64,000 nucleotides of DNA, from contig OX597833.1 of assembly GCA_951406725.2 (NCBI GenBank), positions 66,278,001 through 66,342,000 of the forward strand. Direction: 5' to 3'. The translations under genes were made by a program, and so were the position numbers. The DNA comes from Octopus vulgaris. Taxonomy: Eukaryota. How positions within the stretch are numbered: position 1 is the stretch's first letter; each line of letters begins with the position of its first letter. Of the stretch, positions 54,846 to 64,000 are shown piece after piece. The notes beneath the pieces are model-generated. The model saw only the letters and a program-made list of their open reading frames with translations, did no database searches and had not been told where the DNA came from.

Positions 54846-54999
54846 ATATGTATATATATATAAATATGTATGTGTGTGTGAGTGTATGTTCGTGCATGTA
54901 TGTTTATGTATGTCAGTGTCTATGCAAATGCGTGTATTTGTGTCCCTCTCTCACTCTATAAGCGTGTGTGTATATATGTATATACGTCTCACTCTCCCT

Positions 55000-55065
<66 letters not shown>

Positions 55066-55650
55066 CCACATTGAGAATCATAGATACGCATGCTTGCATG
55101 ACCGTGTACGAATGTTTGCGAGTTGTATATGAGTATATACATCCGTCTTTATGTGACTATATAAATGCATGCGTTTGCATGTATGATTATGCATATGCAT
55201 ACACGTACAAGTGTGTGTGTGTGTATATGGGTGTGTAAACATGAGTATATATATATATATATATATAGACATATATATCTTCAGTGAATGACATATCGAT
55301 AAATCGGCTTCCATTTTTTTTTCCTGCCTGCGGGAGTAAAAAAAAAATTGTAACAATTTATCTTCACTTAAAACCGAGTTTACTTGAGGGAAATAAACAA
55401 ACAGAAGTAGGAAACAAATCGAATTGTATCACAAACTGATATATATATACACACACACACACATATATATATATACATATATACATACATACATATATAT
55501 ATATATATAGATATATATATATACGTATACATACACACACATATATATAGTTAAATATATATATATATACACACACATACATATATACAAATGCATATAT
55601 ATACATATATATACATACATATTATATACGTACATACATACTACAGACAA

Positions 55651-55712
<62 letters not shown>

Positions 55713-55790
55713 GAATTAAAACCCTTATGTATGTCACTTTTATGAACACTCTCTCGCTTCAGATGTGTGTATACATGTATCACTTCATGC

Positions 55791-55828
<38 letters not shown>

Positions 55829-56753
55829 GTATCTGTCTGCCTGTCTGCCTGTCTCTCTATCCCTCCATCTATCTATCTTTTGGGATGTTTGTCAATCTAT
55901 CTGTGTATGTATGTATGTATGTATGTATGTATGTATGTATGTATGTATGTATATGACTGTCTGTCTATCTATCTACGCATATTTATGCAAATATATTTTT
56001 ATATTAAACATTATACTATATATCGGTATAAAATATATTCATATGTGTATATATGTGTGTGTGTGTTTGTATGAGTGTGTTCGTTTGTGTTTGTATATAT
56101 ATACACATACACACATGCCTATAGATATGTATATACATTCATACACGAATATTCGCCCCCCCACCGCCACATATAAATATAAAATACTTAAATATGGTTT
56201 ATACAGAGGTAAAGAATTTTATCCATCAATGAATATTTGCGTGCATGGTCAAGCGTGACGTATTCTGATTGATCCGTTGTCAATATTTCTGCATCGCTGA
56301 TATTTGGTAACCATTCGAGAAATGTGATTTTGCTTCTTCGCAAGACGTCATTGTATTTTTCACAGATAAAATACAAAAAAATACAAAAAAATACAAAAAT
56401 ATAAACGAAACAAAAAAAAGCAAAGAAAATAGAAAAAAAAAACAAAACAATATTATACTGTGTATTTATTTCACTTATTTTCTTTCGGTTGGTTATTCTT
56501 TTTTTTTGTATTTTCGAAACACTATGGCAAATAGAAACAAATGCACACCCGCACACACACACACATACACACATACACATACATACACACATGTGCGCAA
56601 ATGTATATAACATAGAAATACATGAAAATACAAAACATTTTAAAATAAAAAGAAAATATACAAAACAATTAAAGCAAAATATATACAGAAAAACGTAAAC
56701 AAAATAATTTAATAACTATATAGATGAAAGTATTATATATGTATATATATATA

Positions 56754-56795
<42 letters not shown>

Positions 56796-56873
56796 TATAA
56801 ATATATATATATACATAGAAATAATATATATATGTATATGTGTATATATATATATACTTCTATATATAGACAC

Positions 56874-56905
<32 letters not shown>

Positions 56906-57099
56906 ATATATAGACACTTATATATATATATGTATATATATATAGACACTTATATATATATATATATATGTATTTACATACATACATATGCATACACACA
57001 CAAACACACACACACACATACATATATACGATGTTAATTTTTCATCTCTGTTTATGCTTTCTGCATGTTTGTTTAATACATAATATACATGTATGTATA

Positions 57100-57215
<116 letters not shown>

Positions 57216-57620
57216 ATAAAAATAATAATAATATATTCACGTGTAATAAAAAATAAATTCAGATATGTGTGTATATATATATATATATATGCATATAATA
57301 TGAAAGTACATATTTATGAATCTGACATATGACATTTATATATGTATATACACTTCCGGTCTAACTGCATATACATACATATATATTCTTGCGTGCGCAT
57401 GTGTGTCTGCGTCCGCATTTGTTGTTCAAGTTGTTATACAAACATGTTTTCCTTGTAATGGAAAGATGAAATTAATTTCTCACGTAGAAGAAGAAAAAGG
57501 AATTAAAAGGAAAAAAAACCCCAACAAAACCCTGAAAATATCCTGGTTTTTGTGGCTTCCATTTGTTAAAGTGATCAACCTGCTTGATAAACTACTCAGA
57601 TTCACCGTGTGAAAGATATT

Positions 57621-57661
57621 CATCATCATGATGATCATCATGATCATCATGATCATCATGA

Positions 57662-57708
<47 letters not shown>

Positions 57709-58209
57709 GTTATTATTGTTGTTGTTATTGTTGTTGTTATTGTTGTTGTTGTTGTTATTGTTGTTGTTGTTATTGTTGTTGTTGTTATTGTTGTTGTTAT
57801 TATTGTTATTATTATTATTGTTTTTGTTGTTGTTATTATTATTGTTATTATTGTTGTTATTATTGTTATTATTGTTGTTGTTATTGTTGTTGTTGTTGTT
57901 GTTATTGTTGTTAATATTGTTATTATTATTATTGTTGTTGTTGTTACTATTGTTGTTGTTATTATTATTATTATTATTATCATTGCTTTTGTTGTTGTTA
58001 TTATTATTGTTATTATTGTTGTTGTTATTGTTGTTGTTGTTGTTGTTATTGTTGTTAATATTGTTATTATTATTATTGTTGTTGTTGTTACTATTGTTGT
58101 TGTTATTATTGTTATTATTATTATTGATGTTATTATTGTTATTATTGTTGTTGTTATTGTTGTTGTTGTTGTTATTATTATTATCATCATCATCATCATC
58201 ATCATCATC

Positions 58210-58283
<74 letters not shown>
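57621..58283. repeat. (ATT/GTT/CAT)n compound microsatellite
   Basis: Directly visible. Confidence 0.95.
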
Positions 58284-58315
58284 CACTAGTATTAATTTGT
58301 GGGAATATACATAGA

Positions 58316-58427
<112 letters not shown>

Positions 58428-58970
58428 ATTATTTTGAACAAAGAGAAGTTTTAAAGTGGCTTTAGCGTTTCGTCTTAGTGTTTGTCAGCTTGCGGAAATT
58501 TTGAAGCCACAGTCCTTGTTTAATAATCCTGAAGTAATCTTTGAGAGTCATTAAAATTTATTTTATTATAACTTGATATAAAACAAAAATTAATAAACAG
58601 ACACTCACACATAAACACACACACTCACATTACGCATGTATCGAACAGTGAGAATGAGTGCTCAACACTGCTTTACTGGATAAATATTCTTTATTTGTGG
58701 GATAACAAGGTAACCAATAGTTTCATGCCAAGAGATCTTCACAATTGTTCAAGCGTACTACATGGAAATATTATTTGTACTCGAAACAGTGAAACTCCCA
58801 CGTTGTATGCTTGAACAATTGTGAAGACCTGTTTACATGAAACCAGTGGTTGCCCTGTTAACTCACAAATAAAAAATATATATATGTGTGTATGTGTGTG
58901 CGTGCGTGCGTATGTATTATTTATATTATTATATGATCGAACGCCCACGCATCCTTTTCCAAGTAACTTT

Positions 58971-59024
<54 letters not shown>

Positions 59025-59027
<3 letters not shown>

Positions 59028-59317
59028 GCAAAAGGGGCTGATTGCTACCTAACTCAGATACCAGGAAACCCCAAAGTGGCAGAAATTTAAAAGATAGTGC
59101 TCATGGGAACTGCTCATATCCTACGCAAAATACTTTCTATGTAATCTCAAGGTTTAAAACAAACATTTTTTAGACATCCACTAGTACAACACAAAAACAA
59201 TCAAATATATGGCACACTAGGCATAACAACAACGTGAACTTCCAACCTGTTGTCTCTTGAGGTCTCCGGATGAGACTTGGAGCCAAATTGTACAAATATA
59301 AAGCAAAAGTCAAACAT
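59025..59317 (+). mobile_element. R4/Dong-like 3' end embedded in (AAT)n
   Basis: Homologous to 23853-24159; (AAT)n on both sides. Confidence 0.8.
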
Positions 59318-59346
59318 ATAATAATAATAATAATAATAATAATATA

Positions 59347-59413
<67 letters not shown>

Positions 59414-59414
<1 letters not shown>

Positions 59415-59545
59415 CTAGTTTCAGCTCAGAGCTGCGGCCATGCTGATGCACCGCCGTTTTGTGCTACACTGTTATTACGACGAACCTCGTCTAATATGTG
59501 GCACTTGGTGAAGAATGGAGTTTGATATAGCTACTCTTATTGTAT
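59414..59545 (-). mobile_element. CR1-group LINE 3' tip
   Basis: CTAGTTTCAGCTCAGAGCTGCGGCCATGCTG, homologous to 19861-19900. Confidence 0.6.
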
Positions 59546-59790
59546 GTTTGATATAGCAACTCTCAGATGTATATGCATATATATATATACATATGTATAC
59601 ATATAGATATGCTTCGTGATGTTAGATGTCTGTGGAATACTCAGCCTCTTACATAATTGAATACCTTGTTGGATGAAACGATCGAACAATTTGAATTCTC
59701 AATACCACAATTTCAGGAAGATCGTTTTACTTAATTCTTTTGTTTGGTGTGTATACGCACACACACACACGCACACACACGCACGCACAC

Positions 59791-59862
<72 letters not shown>

Positions 59863-60268
59863 GTATATTTATACAATCATAGAAGTGTCGAGTGAGTTGA
59901 AATATTTTTAGAATGAAAATCTCGAATGCAGGAGAATAGTTGAGGAAATAGTTTTAAAAAAAATCGATTAAAATTACCTCCATCGAGGAAAAAAGTTTGC
60001 CCAGACGCCGCAACAGAGAACCGAATTTTGTATATCTGAAATTCCAGCTGAGTGTTCTGTACTGTTTAGCCCAATGGCACAGAGTGTTCAACCTCAATTT
60101 AGGGGTGCACAGAGATTGGTGCTCTGTGGCTGCTCCTGGCCAATTTTACCGTCTTTAGGAGTATTATTACCTGACATTTTAAAGCTGTTTTCATAGCTGT
60201 TCTCCTGCGTTCGAGATTTTCTTCATATATATGTCTGTATATATGTATATACATATGCATATATATAC

Positions 60269-60425
<157 letters not shown>

Positions 60426-61367
60426 AATATGTATATTTATATACATATATATGTGCATATTCATGTAAATATATATATGCATATATATATTTATATATAT
60501 ATGCATATATAAAGGCATATATATATGCCTATATATATGCATATATATATGCATATATATATACATATATATATATATGCATATATATATATGCATATAT
60601 ATATTTGCATACATATATGCATATATATACATGTATATATATATATACATGTATATATGTGTGTGTATGTGTGTGATATACATATATACACATATATAGA
60701 TATACATATCGCTTTCCGAGATATAGTTTTCCAGTACCAACTCGACTGTACACTGTGAAATGGCAGTTTACTGTGCAGGACACGAAATTATTGCAATAAT
60801 AAGAAAATATAGAATTTCACGTCTTTATGACACAGACCGTTTATGATTTAATAATAACTAATATGTTGAGTTGGTCGTAAATATTCACTATTTTGCAGTA
60901 GCACTGAGGAAATTCTGGCGCTGATTTATGTTGAGATAAATATGCGTTAAGATAACATGTGAGTCAGTATAAGAGGTTCGATTATTTGCAAGTAATACGA
61001 AATGTCTGGAATTTTGAGACGAATTGTTATTTATCTGCATATGGTTTTTCGCATTATTAATTTGATTTTCAGAGATGAGAAACTGTTAAGATTTACATCA
61101 ACACTACTTAATTTAAGATGATATATGCATTAATAATGAAATAGCACATTTCGTACCTTTTGAAATATAAAAAAAAAAGAAGCTCTTAATGTCCATACTT
61201 ATACTGTAGTTTAGATGTAAATATTAAAACATTTTTTTTTTCATTTTTTGAAGGCGAGAATAATAACTTGGACAGATTAGGATCGAATCTATCACAGACA
61301 GGCTTCATCTTCTGGTTCACAGATGTTCCGTCTCCTTTATGCCTGTCTTTTCTACTGCTAATATAAA

Positions 61368-61580
61368 ATTCTTTCTACTATAAGCACAAGGCTTGGAATT
61401 TTGGTGAGAATGGGCTAATCGATTATATTGACCCCAACTTTTAATTGGTACTTATTTCATCGAACCCCGGAACGGTTAAAGGTAAAAATCTCGGCGGTAT
61501 TTGAAAACAATGTAAAGACGGACGAAATGCCGCGAAGCATTTCGTCCGACACGCTGACGATTCTGCTAGTTTGCCGCTTA
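61368..61580 (-). mobile_element. SINE family B, diverged
   Basis: GGTACTTATTTCATCGA..CTCGGCGGTATTTGAA..GACGAAATGCCG. Confidence 0.65.
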
Positions 61581-61592
61581 GCTGCTAATATA

Positions 61593-62490
61593 TTGGGTCA
61601 TCCCATAAATAATGCGGTTTTTCCAATTGCATGAACTAAAAGTCAGAGGGGAACGGGATAAACTACCTGCATCAACTTGCTATAAAAGCAGGTAGTAATT
61701 TTTCTTTGTACTTATTCTTAGTGCAAGTTTTGAAGAGTGCAGTTCGATTTTAACAGTTATTTTTTTAAAGCTATAATGAAAGAGACAAAGGAGCATATTC
61801 GGCATAGTTTGCTTTATGAGTTCAATAAAAGCAACAACATAATGGAAAATGCACGAAATATTAATGCAGTATATGGGGATCGGACAATAAGCGTAAGCCA
61901 GTGTCAATGGTGGTTCCAGAAATTTCGAGCCGGAAACTACAGACTAGAAGACGAGCTACGTCCTGGAAGATCTGTAGAGCGCGACGAGGAGGCCCTGCAA
62001 ACTCTGGTGGAACAAAATCCCATCGTAACTGTTGATCAACTGACGGAAGCTTGGATTTGGTCATTCAACCATTCATCAACACCAGCGCTAGAAGGAAAAC
62101 GACTATCTTTGGCTTCGTGGTCTTCCATCAGGATAATGCTCGGCCACATACAGCGACATTCCAAAGGCTGGAGCAGTAGAATGGGAAACGATGCTTCACC
62201 CACCATATTCGCCACGCATTGCCCCATCTGATTATCATTTATTCCGCAGTCTTCAAAATCATTTGGACGAAAAAAGTTTTAATTCTGTAGACGAGATCAG
62301 ATCAGTAGTGGAGGAGTAATTTTCCTCACAGACAAGGGAACTTTCGAAGAGGGGCTTTGAAAGTCTACCGGATAGACAGAAGAGCATTGTAGAAAATGAT
62401 GGAGAGTATATTTTAGATTAAAAAAGAACTTTGCTTATCTTAATTTAAAAAAATAAAAGTATAAAAAAAATGAACTATATATGGAACTAT
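61593..62490 (+). mobile_element. Internally deleted mariner (DD34D) transposon
   Basis: ATG at 61776: HIRHSLLYEF..WFQKFRAG..LEDE.RPGR (HTH), then FHQDNARPH, HPPYSP..APSDYHLFRSLQN and IVENDGEYILD* (62421); region of the first catalytic Asp is missing; TA-TTGGGTCATCCCATAAATAA left end. Confidence 0.9.
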
Positions 62491-63221
62491 ATATATATGG
62501 GACACACAAACATATTAACTAACATATGAAGGAATTAATATTGCCATCGTTGTGATCGATGTTCTGTGGGGACTCAGACTTGGTTACCACTCTTAAGCAC
62601 ACACTGCCCTCTCGGGCTGCAGCTCTACACTCCATCATTCGATTTTATTGTACCGTCTTTAATCTTTGTCGCCCTCCAACAGTTTTCCGTCTACTCAGCA
62701 TCAATGAGGGAGATACAAAGATTCTGGGTTCTGATAACGTGACAAAAATATTGCACTTTCACCGTCTGATCCTCGTCAACAAATTTTCTTTCAGATTCTA
62801 CGTCCATTAGGACTGAATTGTTCGTTCTATTGTGGCATATGTATATTTATTCTTTTTCTTCTGCTGTATAACCGAAAGGCTTAGTTCTGTAATGTATGTA
62901 TAATTCTTTTTCTGTTGTATTTATATTTTTTGTTATATACGTACTATTATTTCAGCTTGACGTGATTGTCCTTGTATACATTCGCTAGCTTTTTCCCCCC
63001 GAAGCTCAATGCTCTGGCGCCTCCAGGATTGAGTGGTCTCAATGTTAAATGGCGCGAAATCGCTATAATATCTTGGATTATTGACTGACGAAGAAATCAG
63101 CTGCGAATATTCCGTGTATTGTGTTTTTGCCTAAATCTTCCATCTACTAAGTTTGCGTCTAGTTTTCCATTTGCTCTGCTTTCATTTAATTTTTCTTTGG
63201 TGTGTTCTATCTGTTCAACCC

Positions 63222-63255
<34 letters not shown>

Positions 63256-63346
63256 GTATATGCAATTTAAATACATACACATTTACATACATGTATCTAT
63301 ATGTATATTTAAACTCACAGAGACATATATATATATATATTCATAA

Positions 63347-63403
<57 letters not shown>

Positions 63404-63419
63404 CACATATATATATACA

Positions 63420-63590
63420 TACTCGACGGTCTTTCTTTTAGTTTCCGTGTAAAAATTTCCAGTGACTAGACCAACCTTTGGCTACGATAGAAGACGCAGG
63501 TGCTGAAGCAGCTGTGCACGGGGAATGAACCTGATACTCGTGCTCTTAGTTGTTACAGAACGAACTTCTTAACCAGCAGCCTACAGCCAA
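63420..63590 (-). mobile_element. SINE family A, highly diverged 5' half
   Basis: CGACGGTCTTTCTTTAGTTTCCGT...TAGAAGAC. Confidence 0.45.
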
Positions 63591-64000
63591 TGATGTATTC
63601 TTCTCTGCTGAGCAAAACCGTGAATGAGGATGCTTTGGCGTGGATGGAAACGAGGTGTTGGTGGTGATGGTCGTAGTCTGTTGTTATACCAATAAAATTT
63701 ATTATTTCCTCTGTAACATTTGATATTGCAATATATTTTGAATAAAATAAAATAAAATAAAATAAAATTAAATTAAAAATCCCAAAAGTAAACGAAAGAA
63801 GTAGTAATCATGTGACATTGCAAGAAATCGAATTCTTTGTGATTGGTAATTTTTTTTTCTTTTTGTTTGGAAGAAATAAAGACGTAAAAACAAAAATATA
63901 GCGCAAAATTCGAAATACAAAGAAAATTTGTTTGAATAAATATTTTTTTTTGTGTGAATATTAATTAGTAGATATTTGCCAACAGCAAGAAGACGAAGAA

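Overview
AT-rich, repeat-dense animal genomic DNA. The SINE families, RTE LINE and microsatellite load suggest a coleoid cephalopod, probably Octopus (inferred from family resemblance, not a database search). I found no host protein-coding exon; nearly all ORFs in the track are microsatellite translation artefacts. Recognisable content: many copies of three tRNA-headed SINE groups, a young 5'-truncated RTE LINE with an in-frame PHD finger, RTE/CR1/R4-Dong/Tx1-like LINE remnants, a Penelope-like GIY-YIG endonuclease remnant, two decayed Tc1/mariner transposons, two MITEs, and a probable tRNA-Ser(AGA) pseudogene. The main signal is about nine type-I hammerhead-ribozyme (HHR) or HHR-like folds in several small repeat families. 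These include one fully canonical minimal HHR, one downstream of the Penelope endonuclease, one fused to a tRNA-like Pol III head, and a ~207-bp element flanked by a target-site duplication (TSD) whose non-canonical core (GUGAACA) is identical in two copies.
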